This document shows, one piece after another, positions 9,628 to 19,088 of a stretch of DNA of 64,000 nt. A program made the position numbers and the translations under genes. Source of the DNA: a bacterium (GTDB taxonomy: Bacteria; Patescibacteriota; UBA1384; VFKW01); assembly GCA_030647355.1 (NCBI GenBank), contig JAUSIS010000013.1, positions 113,117-177,116 on the forward strand, given 5' to 3'. The notes below the pieces were generated by a model that saw only the letters and a program-made list of their open reading frames with translations, was not told where the DNA came from and did not search any database. Position 1 is the first letter of the stretch. Each line of letters begins with the position of its first letter.

Positions 9628-10127
9628 GTAGTTGTAGCTCGAGGGAGTATCGTGAAAATAGCTTGTGCAAAACCTGGTTGGCCGATAGGCGGTAGATACG
9701 GGTAGAACTTCACCCGATCCTTTACATCCGGGTGGCAAAGCATACCCTTGATGATTATAAATCCACGATGGCCTTCTTCGGATGTTTGCAGTGGCTTGTA
9801 GCGCGGTCTGCAACCAATACAGCAGCTATTTACTATTATCACTACGAAACGTCCATCGGCCACACCATGCGCTACGTACGCAATCCCTCGACTGTCATTG
9901 TGCTTCAGGGTATTGGCCAGAGCGTCCCCAATCGGCTCCCGGATATTCTGCCATACTGGATCGTCGTCGTTGTTACCCAGAAAACTGAAGAGCGCTTCAC
10001 AGACTGACAAACGCGCCCGACTAGCGCTCCTCTGGGTCGTGACATCCATGTCCAGATAATCCAGACCGATAGGCTCCCTGTCCAATACCTTAGCTACGAG
10101 TCTCTCAAGCGCTGCGCTTTTTGCCAT
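9624..10127 (-). CDS. Hypothetical protein (GC-rich cassette)
   Basis: 167-aa ORF with visibly higher GC than the flanks. Flanked by the hairpin terminator at 9606-9627. No recognisable motif. Confidence 0.35.
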   Translation of the reverse strand: MAKSAALERLVAKVLDREPIGLDYLDMDVTTQRSASRARLSVCEALFSFLGNNDDDPVWQNIREPIGDALANTLKHNDSRGIAYVAHGVADGRFVVIIVNSCCIGCRPRYKPLQTSEEGHRGFIIIKGMLCHPDVKDRVKFYPYLPPIGQPGFAQAIFTILPRATTT

Positions 10128-10253
10128 AATACTCCTCCGTGAAGTTCTTCCCGCAGTGCCCCCGCTTGTAATCCAACTAGCAGCCAGTTTAATTCATATA
10201 TAGCACTAGAACGAATCCTCGTCAAATTGTCAATATTCTAGTATAATCATCTC

Positions 10254-10988
10254 ATGCAGAAAGAAAAATTGACCGACTATTTAAATATCGCTATATCAGA
10301 AATAAACGACGGAAACATGTCATACGTCTGGGGCAACCACCAAGAAGTTCTAGAAAACCGTACAAAATTCTTAGAAAAATCTGGCTTCGATACCAACAAT
10401 TGCGCTGTCATGAGCGTAACACATGGCACAGATATATTGATCGCCGACCAATCATATCGAGGCAAAGGAATGTTTGACCATTCAACTGCCCTAAAAGTTG
10501 ACGCTTTAATGACTCAAGATCCTAAAATTGTTCTTTGCCTACTGATCGCTGATTGCCTGCCAATCGTTTTTTATGATCCAAAAAAAAATATCTTAGCCCT
10601 CGCCCACATGGGTTGGAAAAGCACTAATGAAAAACTTGCCATGAAACTGATCACACTAATGAAACAAAAATTCGGCAGTAATCCAAAGGATATTGTTGTA
10701 TCCATCGGTCCTGGAATACACAAAAAATCTTCTATCTTCCCAAGTCCCGTTCTTCAAGAAAAAACGCTCAATTGGCAGCCTTATTTAAAAAATTTACCGA
10801 ACAACCAAACGTCAGTTGACAATCTCGGATATAACTATCAACAGCTTCTTGATTCGGGTATTATTGCAAAAAATATTGAAATTAACCCAATAGACACAGC
10901 CCAATCGCCGGATTACTTTTCTCACTATCGCTCCGTTCGGACCGGCGAGTCTGAAGGTAGATTCATGGTCGCCGTTCGCTTAAAATAA
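10254..10988 (+). CDS. pgeF: PgeF/YfiH family (Cu-oxidase_4/DUF152) purine nucleoside-processing enzyme
   Basis: HGTDIL...IADCLPIVFYD...ALAHMGWKS motifs of the YfiH family. AT-rich native composition. Confidence 0.7.
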   Translation: MQKEKLTDYLNIAISEINDGNMSYVWGNHQEVLENRTKFLEKSGFDTNNCAVMSVTHGTDILIADQSYRGKGMFDHSTALKVDALMTQDPKIVLCLLIADCLPIVFYDPKKNILALAHMGWKSTNEKLAMKLITLMKQKFGSNPKDIVVSIGPGIHKKSSIFPSPVLQEKTLNWQPYLKNLPNNQTSVDNLGYNYQQLLDSGIIAKNIEINPIDTAQSPDYFSHYRSVRTGESEGRFMVAVRLK

Positions 10989-11169
10989 CAAATCAACGAA
11001 ACTCTCTATGGCATAATTTTCATAGGATAAAATGACAAGCCTGTTTTACATCACTGGAAATTTTTGTATAATCCAGATACGATACAAACCAGCGGGAGGA
11101 AAGTCGTTGAGACATGCAGGAAGACAGACAAGACGGTCAACTTTGCCCTTCAAACAACAAGTCGCCGTA

Positions 11170-11571
11170 ATGTTGCGCACAAGATTCTACATTGGCATGC
11201 TTGTCGCCGGAGAAACCACCGGCACATGGGATGATCCGCTTTTTCAAGCGCCAGATCTCATCCCGCCAATCTCACTTGACGACGAAGAAATCAACATGGT
11301 TGCATTGATGCAAACTGATGATTTCTTGCTGGCAGCCATGGACTACTTGCAAAACGGACTACCGGAAGAGCTTATCGAGAATGGCCTGGACGCATTGGAA
11401 GCGTGGCTTGGATTGGGCATTTTGCGTCTGCAAGTCGGCTTAGCCATTACGGCAGAAGAAATCAGCGAAATCCCGGCAAGTATGTGGGAACTCAACAGAG
11501 ATAAGCTCTGGATAAAGTTCAGAGACGACTACTATTTCTGGAGTGAGCTTTATTTCCCCAAAAGCACCTAA
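11170..11571 (+). CDS. Hypothetical acidic protein (GC-rich cassette); start uncertain
   Basis: ORF in a GC-rich segment downstream of a TTTACA-N16-TATAAT promoter (~11055-11083). Followed by hairpin terminator GGGAAGC...GCTTCCC+T-run at ~11583-11610. Confidence 0.35.
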   Translation: MLRTRFYIGMLVAGETTGTWDDPLFQAPDLIPPISLDDEEINMVALMQTDDFLLAAMDYLQNGLPEELIENGLDALEAWLGLGILRLQVGLAITAEEISEIPASMWELNRDKLWIKFRDDYYFWSELYFPKST

Positions 11572-11655
11572 CTGCACAATGGGAAGCGACAAGCTTCCCT
11601 CTTTTTGTAAACAAAAAAACCCGACGCAATCGTCGGGATATAAGATATAAAATGG

Positions 11656-12273
11656 CTAGCCGCCCGCCGCCGCCTCCTCGGGAGTCACCACATGAATACT
11701 GAATTGACAGTCCAGTGCTGTCTCAAGCCCGAGACGTACCTGGCGAACTTGTTCGCCAGACTCCCCGATCAGCTCGCCGCACTTTGAGATGTAGCGAAAT
11801 CGTAGCAGTCTGCCGGCTTGCATCACTCGAATACCATCCAGATCAGCATTCAAATCCAGCTCACCAATGTCATAGTTGGCATATATCTTGAATAGCTTGC
11901 GAGTCAGCTCATGCGCTTCAGCTCCCCGCGCTTCTCCGCGGTGCCGGGTTCCAATACTCCAAAGCAAGATATATTGACAGGGAGTAACATCCCCCATCCG
12001 CGTTATTAGCTCCAACCACTCATGGGTAACTGGTTTCTCACGATCGAGAAAATAATAATGCCTGCCTGGACGGCCGGTAGCATTGCCATTCTCATAACCT
12101 GAACAGGTGTACCAGAGAACAGTAGTCAAAAGACTATTCTGATACTCCCTATGCGACAGAACAAAGTACGACCGATCCGGGACATAAATCAACCTGATCG
12201 CCTCCCCCAATGTTAATATCAACATACTAAGTCCAAAATTAATTTTCGTCAAATCTGCAAAACAACCGACCAC
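11656..12273 (-). CDS. Hypothetical protein (GC-rich cassette); start uncertain
   Basis: 205-aa ORF. Terminator hairpin CCCGACGATTGCGTCGGG+T-run on the minus strand at ~11615-11645. Confidence 0.35.
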   Translation of the reverse strand: MVGCFADLTKINFGLSMLILTLGEAIRLIYVPDRSYFVLSHREYQNSLLTTVLWYTCSGYENGNATGRPGRHYYFLDREKPVTHEWLELITRMGDVTPCQYILLWSIGTRHRGEARGAEAHELTRKLFKIYANYDIGELDLNADLDGIRVMQAGRLLRFRYISKCGELIGESGEQVRQVRLGLETALDCQFSIHVVTPEEAAAGG

Positions 12274-12487
12274 CCAAGGGCTCTCTTTGCCCCCTTTATT
12301 CAGAGATTAAGACCTTGACAATTCTTTTTGGTATCTCTATAATACGGACACAGTCCGCCAATTGGCTAAATTGTACCTGATCTTTATAAAAGATCATGCC
12401 TGCCAAATAGCACTTTGCGCATTTACCAAGTACTCAAAGCGCTGTTTGGCAAACCCAATCAGCTGTTCCCGGAGTTAGAGGAATGAA

Positions 12488-13045
12488 ATGGTACAAACGG
12501 TGGACAATCCTGTTCGAGTCACCAAAGTGGACCCTCTTGTCCACGCCGTCAATGCGCTCGCGAAGTTATTCGGAGCGCCGTCGTTTCCGGAGGAAAACCT
12601 TGCGGGGTTGACCCTGCAAGGACTTTATAGCAAGATGCTAGCCAGTCAGAGACGAACAAGAAGGCATGTCAGTTGGTGCCTTTCTGGCACAAAGGGTTTC
12701 TACTTCATCGTCAAAGGACATGGCGGGGAAACCGTCGTCCGAATTCATCCGGGGATAAAGACTGGTGATGTAGAGCTGAATGCCAGGTTGAAAAACACCA
12801 AACAAACTGGCCTCGCCCTTGAAGCCCGCTGGGCCTTGGACTATGGTTATGTAATCAGTGCCAAGACCCGAGACGAGAACAGCTTTGATGCTGATTCTCT
12901 CGACTACCAAAAGAATGTCCTTTGTGACATCTTAGGGAGAATCAGCATCATGGCACGTGCCTTAGAAACTGATGAGCCGGAAACCCAGGTAATCCGCCGA
13001 TTCATCGGGGCTCCTGCCTATAAGGCACTGCAACTCGCCGCCTAA
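12488..13045 (+). CDS. Hypothetical protein (GC-rich cassette)
   Basis: 185-aa ORF. Upstream TTGACA-N17-TATAAT promoter at ~12318-12346. Leader contains the palindrome GATCTTTATAAAAGATC. Hairpin terminator CCCAGGA...TCCTGGG+T7 at ~13066-13105. Confidence 0.45.
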   Translation: MVQTVDNPVRVTKVDPLVHAVNALAKLFGAPSFPEENLAGLTLQGLYSKMLASQRRTRRHVSWCLSGTKGFYFIVKGHGGETVVRIHPGIKTGDVELNARLKNTKQTGLALEARWALDYGYVISAKTRDENSFDADSLDYQKNVLCDILGRISIMARALETDEPETQVIRRFIGAPAYKALQLAA

Positions 13046-13215
13046 ACCGCCAGTTATCTGGCATCCGAACCTCACCCAGGATGAAATCAAATTCTCCTGG
13101 GTTTTTTTATACCCATAATCTCAAAAGTCAGTCGAATGCTAGGCTCGCTTGTTTGACGTAAAGACAACTTTATGGTTTACTAAAGCCACTGTTGGTTTTT
13201 TAGGGGGACTGATAA

Positions 13216-13680
13216 ATGAGAATGTTCGCATTGTCAGAAGATCTTCGGTTACAGAGCACTAAGCAAGGCGATGACTTCGTGGTTCGCTTCCCGCTAGGAA
13301 GAAATGGCATTCCTGGCGTTGCACTTTACAACGCTGGGAGAAACAACACAGCCGAAGCACCCGTCGTCAATCTTCCAAGCGACCAGGCACTCATTCTGGC
13401 ACACCGGATCACGGCTCGCTGTCGTGATCATGTCTTTTCGAAAGTCACCGAGGTCAAATCTCTCGGAGACGACTGCTATTACCATATCATACTCAAGTGC
13501 GGCTTCACCTACAGGTTCACGAATGACGCCGATTTCCGGCGGAATATCAAACCGGAAGTCGGGGACATGATCCTCATCCACTTCAACGCCCGCAGAGGCA
13601 AACACTTGGTCATAAAGTCCAGCGGGCAAAGATCGTTTCCGGCCTGCGAGATCACCGACGATGACATCATCGCCGAATAG
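13216..13680 (+). CDS. Hypothetical protein (GC-rich cassette)
   Basis: 154-aa ORF with a GGGGGA RBS. Hairpin terminator GGGGAAC...GTTCCCC+T-run at ~13700-13730. Confidence 0.45.
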   Translation: MRMFALSEDLRLQSTKQGDDFVVRFPLGRNGIPGVALYNAGRNNTAEAPVVNLPSDQALILAHRITARCRDHVFSKVTEVKSLGDDCYYHIILKCGFTYRFTNDADFRRNIKPEVGDMILIHFNARRGKHLVIKSSGQRSFPACEITDDDIIAE

Positions 13681-13934
13681 CCAATCCACACTATTCACGG
13701 GGAACACTACACGTTCCCCTATTTTTAATAAAAAAGACGGAATCCGTGTCCTCTTAAGAAACCAAGATCGCTGCCTCGCCACCGTTTGACAAAAACCTAT
13801 TTTTATGCTAATATATAACATCAAGACAAACCTCGTAATATCTTCCTTCAACCTATGGACAGCGCCTTGCGTACAAAAACAGTATTCAGAGCGCTGTTCA
13901 TAGCATCATATCACTTCGAAGGAGGATCCGTTTC

Positions 13935-14471
13935 ATGGAAAAAATCATCGTTATGGCATTAAGCGCGGTGAAAGTGCTGTTTGGCAAGGTGATTCTCTCT
14001 TGCCAAACAGCCGAGACACTTCAGGAGATCCAGGAAGTTATATCACAATGTCCTGACTGGAGAAAGTCCCTCGACAAGGTCAGCTTCTCCGAGAAGACTG
14101 GCTTATCGCTCTGCCGCCTGATCCACGGAGGTGCCTTATACCTCCAGCTGCGAAACCCCGTCGGACTGGTTAACTCGATCAGGATCGGAGTAATCGTAGC
14201 AGGAGACTCCGAATTCCAAACACCAACGACCTTGAACTTGCTCTTCTGTCAGTTGAAGGATCGGAAAGAATGGCGATTGGAAAAAGCAAGATGTGATCTT
14301 GCGGGAGTCATCGAGCCCGAGCCCATTCTGCGGCTTACGGAGCTACTTGGCCCAAATGGGCTTCCCGAACTAGGAGAAACCCTCAACCAGGCACCAATCG
14401 AACAAACCCGGGAAATCAGGGAGTTTCTGGACTCCTGGGTCCAGCAGCAGGTAACGACCGCAACCGCCTAG
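13935..14471 (+). CDS. Hypothetical protein, paralog A of a tandem pair (178 aa)
   Basis: Shares the block TGLSLCRLIHGGALYLQLRN with TLCQAVIGGALCLRFQE of the downstream 178-aa ORF. Upstream motif GCGCTGTTCATAG is shared with the paralog. GAAGGAGGA RBS. Confidence 0.5.
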   Translation: MEKIIVMALSAVKVLFGKVILSCQTAETLQEIQEVISQCPDWRKSLDKVSFSEKTGLSLCRLIHGGALYLQLRNPVGLVNSIRIGVIVAGDSEFQTPTTLNLLFCQLKDRKEWRLEKARCDLAGVIEPEPILRLTELLGPNGLPELGETLNQAPIEQTREIREFLDSWVQQQVTTATA

Positions 14472-14728
14472 CGACACCAACGCACACCAGAAACATCCTC
14501 ACCCTACAAAACCTCATTCCCCCGAGGCAAGACAAAGCACCACGCTTTTCACCTCGGGGCTTTGTTATTTATAGGCATTTTATAATTTTTAATTGACAAA
14601 ACTCAACAAATATGTGATTTTCAGATTAATATATTGTTCCTTTCAACCCCTCCTAGTGCTTATGGGCAGCACTTTGGATACCTAACTCAAGTATAAAAGG
14701 CATCCGAGGCGCTGTTCATAGACTACAT

Positions 14729-15265
14729 ATGGAGGACATAATGAATATTGTGCAAATGGCTCTTGTAGCGCTACGTGAACTGTTCGAAACTACAATGTCG
14801 GAAGAGTTCCCTGACCTGGGAAGCATCGCTTCCGAGCTGGAAAACATACGGCTTGGCAAATTCAAGTATTCCTACGACAACAACGGATTAACGCTCTGTC
14901 AAGCGGTAATCGGTGGCGCACTCTGCCTTCGTTTTCAAGAATCATCTCGGAGTAACACAGGCAAAGATCGGCTCACAGTCTGGCTCATCGGCGTGAGCTC
15001 CCTGAAGTGCAGCCAACTCACTCTTAGCCTCGGGTACAACCTAATAGGAATTGGGGTAGCGGAACTAGGTGCTATCAACTGCTCTTGGAGCACATCAGAT
15101 GTAGTTGCAAGCGGCGAGCCGATCAGTGCTTTCTTAAGACTGCTCCGGTTAGACGACTACAAAATGCTGGAAAGCGCCCTGAAAGCCAAGGAGGGTTTGG
15201 ATGACGTGCGCTACCTGAAGTACCTTCTCGATCTCTGGCGCCAGCGTTACCCAGAAAGCAAGTGA
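14729..15265 (+). CDS. Hypothetical protein, paralog B of a tandem pair (178 aa)
   Basis: Same length and conserved central block as 13935-14471. Upstream GCGCTGTTCATAG motif. Followed 12 nt later by a small Zn-ribbon ORF. Confidence 0.5.
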   Translation: MEDIMNIVQMALVALRELFETTMSEEFPDLGSIASELENIRLGKFKYSYDNNGLTLCQAVIGGALCLRFQESSRSNTGKDRLTVWLIGVSSLKCSQLTLSLGYNLIGIGVAELGAINCSWSTSDVVASGEPISAFLRLLRLDDYKMLESALKAKEGLDDVRYLKYLLDLWRQRYPESK

Positions 15266-15277
15266 AAGGAGCCCTGT

Positions 15278-15502
15278 ATGTTTCTTGCCCAATGTATCTT
15301 TGGTTTGTTCGTAGGCAGTATGATGTGCTATGTGTTGTGGTTCGTTTTCTTCGATCGCGAATGTCCCAAGTGCCATTCGCACTACATCAAGCACAACGAT
15401 GAATGCATTGCCGGAGGCGCCTACTTTCGAACCGTATTCTGCCGGAACTGCAGATACGTTCTCGAAACCAAGACTATCTGCGCCCCTATCTGCCATATAT
15501 GA
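15278..15502 (+). CDS. Small membrane-anchored zinc-ribbon protein (74 aa)
   Basis: N-terminal TM helix followed by CPKC...CRNC (two CxxC pairs). Tightly linked downstream of paralog B. Confidence 0.45.
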   Translation: MFLAQCIFGLFVGSMMCYVLWFVFFDRECPKCHSHYIKHNDECIAGGAYFRTVFCRNCRYVLETKTICAPICHI

Positions 15503-15594
15503 CCCCTGACGACATGTCTCGGGTCTCTTTTTATCTTTACAGAGTGAACCTTCGGTGTATAATACTAATAACGCTGCACCTTAAGGAGTAGAAG

Positions 15595-16506
15595 ATGGGA
15601 AAGATTCTCGCCCTTATGTGTCCCGGACAAGGATCGGCACACATTGGCATGGGTGAGGATCTTTATCAAACCTCGTCCTATGCCCGAACCGTTTACCATT
15701 TCGCCGACGACTATCTAAGGGGTTATCTCCGACAAATCCTGCCTTTTGAGCATTCCGACCTGACCTTGAGTAGTATCTGCTTCGAGGGGCCCCGGGAACT
15801 TCTGGAGCTACCCTCGATTGCGCCGCTGGCTGTTTTTGTCACCAGTATCGCTAACCTCCGTCTTCTTGAGGAGATAGCCGAAGAGGTAGAATGGATAGTC
15901 GCCGGACACAGCCTCGGTGAATATACTGCCTTGGTTGCCTCTAGAGTTCTGACTTACCAACAAGCCCTCTCACTAGTTCTTATCCGAACCAGATTGATGG
16001 TTCATCACGCGAGTCGAATAAACGGCGCAATGGTAGCTACTCTGGGGTTAACTGAAGCACAGGTTGCCGAAATCTGCCAGAAACACCAGCCCACAGGTGT
16101 GATCGTCATGGCAAATTACAACTGTCCGGGACAAATCGTGCTCTCGGGAGATAAGCTTGTACTTGAGAATGCCTGTCAAGACATTCTCCGCCTTGGAGGA
16201 AAGACGCGCGAACTCAATGTCGGCGGTCCCTGGCATTCCCCCCTGATGCAGCCTGCCGCTGATAAGTTCAAACCGCATCTTCGTAGAGCCAAGATCGCCT
16301 CACCCACAGGAACGCTCTACCTAAGCGGTACCGGACGGAAGGTTTCCGCACCTGCAACCATCCGCCATCACCTGCGTATTCAAATGGTATCTCCCGTACT
16401 CTGGGAGAAAACCATTCGCAACATGCTAAGAGATGGAGTAACCGACTTTATCGAGCTCGAACCGAGCAGGATACTAAGGGGATTTCTCAAGCGCATCAAG
16501 TCCTAG
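15595..16506 (+). CDS. fabD: Malonyl-CoA:ACP transacylase family acyltransferase (FabD-like)
   Basis: CPGQGS N-terminal motif, GHSLGEY active-site nucleophile elbow, ANYNCPGQIVLSG, and PWHSPLMQPAADKF as in FabD. GC-rich. Confidence 0.8.
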   Translation: MGKILALMCPGQGSAHIGMGEDLYQTSSYARTVYHFADDYLRGYLRQILPFEHSDLTLSSICFEGPRELLELPSIAPLAVFVTSIANLRLLEEIAEEVEWIVAGHSLGEYTALVASRVLTYQQALSLVLIRTRLMVHHASRINGAMVATLGLTEAQVAEICQKHQPTGVIVMANYNCPGQIVLSGDKLVLENACQDILRLGGKTRELNVGGPWHSPLMQPAADKFKPHLRRAKIASPTGTLYLSGTGRKVSAPATIRHHLRIQMVSPVLWEKTIRNMLRDGVTDFIELEPSRILRGFLKRIKS

Positions 16507-16583
16507 CCATCTAGGACTTTTTTTATGCTCAATAGACACTACACTAATACAACAACATACCAGTTTTTCACAAGCAAAGCTCG

Positions 16584-16796
16584 GTGTATAATATAGCTAT
16601 GCTAAAAAAATATCTACTCTATCTGCTAATGGGGCTGGTTGCTGAAGGCATCATCCGAGGGTTTTTCTATTTTGAAGATCGCTACCAAGCCACTCATCCT
16701 GTAAAGCAAAAAATCAATATTGAGAAAGTTGACCCAAAATATCGTCAGGACCTGCAAGACCTGAAAGATCTCAAAGATACCATTAACGGACAATAA
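16584..16796 (+). CDS. Small membrane protein with C-terminal DLKDLKD motif
   Basis: One TM helix. C-terminus ...DLQDLKDLKD matches the ...DLKDLKDLY C-terminus of the 47351-47653 small membrane ORF. Confidence 0.35.
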   Translation: MYNIAMLKKYLLYLLMGLVAEGIIRGFFYFEDRYQATHPVKQKINIEKVDPKYRQDLQDLKDLKDTINGQ

Positions 16797-16916
16797 TCTC
16801 CGGCCACAACCTCAAAAGCGCCTGTTGTAATATTAGCTAACCGGTTGACTTTGGCTGACAATTATAGTATACTTTTCGCATACTGAACGACCGAACGACT
16901 ATTTTGGAGGTAACCA

Positions 16917-17192
16917 ATGTCTGCTGCACAGATACCCGCCTCTCCCCCAAGTCTTGAGATTCCGACGCCCCCCACCGCCACCACCTACCGAGATGAAGGC
17001 CACGATGGCTCTCCTCCGGTTCAGGTCGGATGTACTCAATTCAACTCACATACTTGCCCTCTTCGCTTCCGGGGCCGCAACGAACCCTCGGAATGGTCAG
17101 GGGCCAAGTATGAGTACGATCCTCTACCGCCCCTGGACCACGACCCTGTGTGGTGCGCTACCTGCCCCGACAGGAGGCAGAAGATCAAATGA
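16917..17192 (+). CDS. Small Pro-rich Cys-containing protein (possible Zn ribbon)
   Basis: Strong GGAGGT RBS. CTQFNSHTC...CATC cysteine pairs. TTGACT-N17-TATACT promoter at ~16845-16873. Terminator at 17459-17492. Confidence 0.4.
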   Translation: MSAAQIPASPPSLEIPTPPTATTYRDEGHDGSPPVQVGCTQFNSHTCPLRFRGRNEPSEWSGAKYEYDPLPPLDHDPVWCATCPDRRQKIK

Positions 17193-17458
17193 ACTATTCG
17201 GGCTTTGCTGGATTGCGCGAATTCGTCAAGGCAATGACCACCTGTGGCAAGAGCATACGCTTGGATTAAGTCCTACTGATCCAAGCAGCAGCCGAAAAGG
17301 CCAAGCTCAGCTAGGAGCAGCGCATTGAGATCTATGAGATACTCGCTGCATCAGGATCTGATAGCATAGCGCAGAGTCGGCTGGAGAAACTCATGACTGG
17401 CACGGAAAGCCAAGTCACATCCGGCGCCGCCTAGGCGCCCGAACTTCATCCCACCCCA

Positions 17459-17492
17459 CCCCCGCCCTTTCCCAGAAAGAGCGGGGTTTTTT
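17459..17492 (+). terminator. Intrinsic terminator, family CCCACCCC...stem...TTTTTTCATACC
   Basis: Hairpin CCCCGCCCTTTC-CCAGA-GAAAGAGCGGGG followed by T6 and CATACC. Confidence 0.6.
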
Positions 17493-17506
17493 CATACCTC
17501 CACCGC

Positions 17507-17535
17507 TTGACCAGTTGTTTATGTAATGCAATAAT
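17507..17535 (+). promoter_or_regulatory. sigma70-type promoter TTGACC-N17-AATAAT upstream of purD
   Basis: Starts 14 nt after the TTTTTTCATACC terminator tail. Confidence 0.45.
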
Positions 17536-17600
17536 CCAGGCAACGCATTGTAGTAAATTCTGCATAACAACAAACCATAGAAACGGAGGAAAACACAGTA

Positions 17601-18878
17601 ATGCGTGTACTTATCGTCGGAAAGGGCGGACGTGAGCATGCTCTAACATGGATGATCACCCAAAGCCCAAGAAAGCCGGAAATTCTGGCAGCACCGGGCA
17701 ATCCCGGCATCGCCAAGTTCGGCACGTGCTATCCAATTTCGGACACAAACCTGGACGGCATCGTCAACCTGGCAGTTGAGAAAAAGGTCGACATCGTTGT
17801 AGTCGGCCCTGAAAACCCTCTGGACGCTGGCTTAGTTGACCGCTTGGCAGACGCCAATATTCTGGCATTCGGCCCCACAGCCGCCGCCGCGCGACTCGAG
17901 TCATCCAAGCTTTTTGGCAAAGGGATCATGGAAGCCGCCGGTGTCACCACTCCTGACTATCGGGCGTTCAACAATCCCGGGAAGGCGCTCAAGTACCTGC
18001 GAGAGCTGCATCTCAGCGACTTCCCGATTGTCATCAAAGCCGACGGTCTCGCTTTTGGCAAAGGCGTCTATATCTGCCTGACTCTGGAAGCCGCCGAGCG
18101 AGCAGTCCAAAACCTCATGGTCGCACGGCTTCTCGGAGAAGCCGGTGACGCCATCCTGGTCGAGGACTTCGTGAGCGGATTGGAATGCTCGGTACTCGCC
18201 GTCTGCGACGGCGAACGCTTCGTCTATTTCCGCGCCATTCGCGACTACAAGCGAATCGGCGTTGGAGACACAGGCGAGAACACTGGCGGAATGGGAGCTG
18301 TTACACCGGTTCCTGGATGCGACATCGCCTTCCACGAATGGGTAGCAGATCACATCATCGCACCCATACTCGCAGAGATGAGACGGCGCGGCATCCCCTA
18401 CAAGGGCTGCCTCTACCTCGGCTTGCTGATCAAGGACGGCGTGATCTATGTGTTGGAATTCAATGTTCGCTTCGGCGACCCTGAAACCCAACCGGCCATG
18501 CTGATGCTTGACGAGGATCTCCTGAAACTGATGCTGGATGCGAGCCACGGCAATCTTGCCATCTCCCGTCCTGCTAGGTGGCTCAATGGAGCAGCCGCCT
18601 GCATCGTCGGCGCCGCCAATGGCTATCCTGGCAATTACGCTAAGGGCAAAGCCATCTACGGCATCAACGAGGTCGAAACTGACGACACAATCGCCTTCCA
18701 AGCCGGTACTGCGCGTCACGGAAACATACTCGTCACCGACGGCGGCAGAGTAGTCGGCGTAACGTCTTACGACGCCAATAGTCTGCCGGCAGCGCTTGAC
18801 AAGTCCCTGGCAGGAATCAGTAAAATCCGCTGCTCGGACATGATCTGGCGCCCCGACATCGGCCACAACGCCGTCTGA
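17601..18878 (+). CDS. purD: Phosphoribosylamine--glycine ligase (GAR synthetase)
   Basis: MRVLIVGKGGREHALTW N-terminus, PGNPGIA, an ATP-grasp core and PurD C-domain all colinear with PurD. Very GC-rich relative to the backbone. Confidence 0.85.
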   Translation: MRVLIVGKGGREHALTWMITQSPRKPEILAAPGNPGIAKFGTCYPISDTNLDGIVNLAVEKKVDIVVVGPENPLDAGLVDRLADANILAFGPTAAAARLESSKLFGKGIMEAAGVTTPDYRAFNNPGKALKYLRELHLSDFPIVIKADGLAFGKGVYICLTLEAAERAVQNLMVARLLGEAGDAILVEDFVSGLECSVLAVCDGERFVYFRAIRDYKRIGVGDTGENTGGMGAVTPVPGCDIAFHEWVADHIIAPILAEMRRRGIPYKGCLYLGLLIKDGVIYVLEFNVRFGDPETQPAMLMLDEDLLKLMLDASHGNLAISRPARWLNGAAACIVGAANGYPGNYAKGKAIYGINEVETDDTIAFQAGTARHGNILVTDGGRVVGVTSYDANSLPAALDKSLAGISKIRCSDMIWRPDIGHNAV

Positions 18879-18912
18879 CCAAATCATCCGGAACTAAACA
18901 CCGGCAACCAAC

Positions 18913-18932
18913 GCCCCTTCGGGGGCTTTTTT
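18913..18932 (+). terminator. Intrinsic terminator after purD (GCCCCTTCGGGGGC+T6+CATACC)
   Basis: Perfect tetraloop hairpin followed by a T-run. The same hairpin type recurs at ~19674-19700. Confidence 0.65.
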
Positions 18933-18946
18933 CATACCAGTTAATC

Positions 18947-18975
18947 TTGACAAAAAAGCGTTTATACCGTACAAT
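18947..18975 (+). promoter_or_regulatory. Consensus sigma70-type promoter TTGACA-N17-TACAAT
   Basis: Located right after the TTTTTTCATACC terminator of purD. Drives the 19089 cassette. Confidence 0.55.
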
Positions 18976-19088
18976 CACATGTTGGTTGCACCTCTGGAAT
19001 CTTCCTTGATTGGCTGCGCTTTGGATATTGTTCAAATCAGTATTCAAACCGTTGCCAACCACCAACGAAAAAATAGGAGGATTACCGT

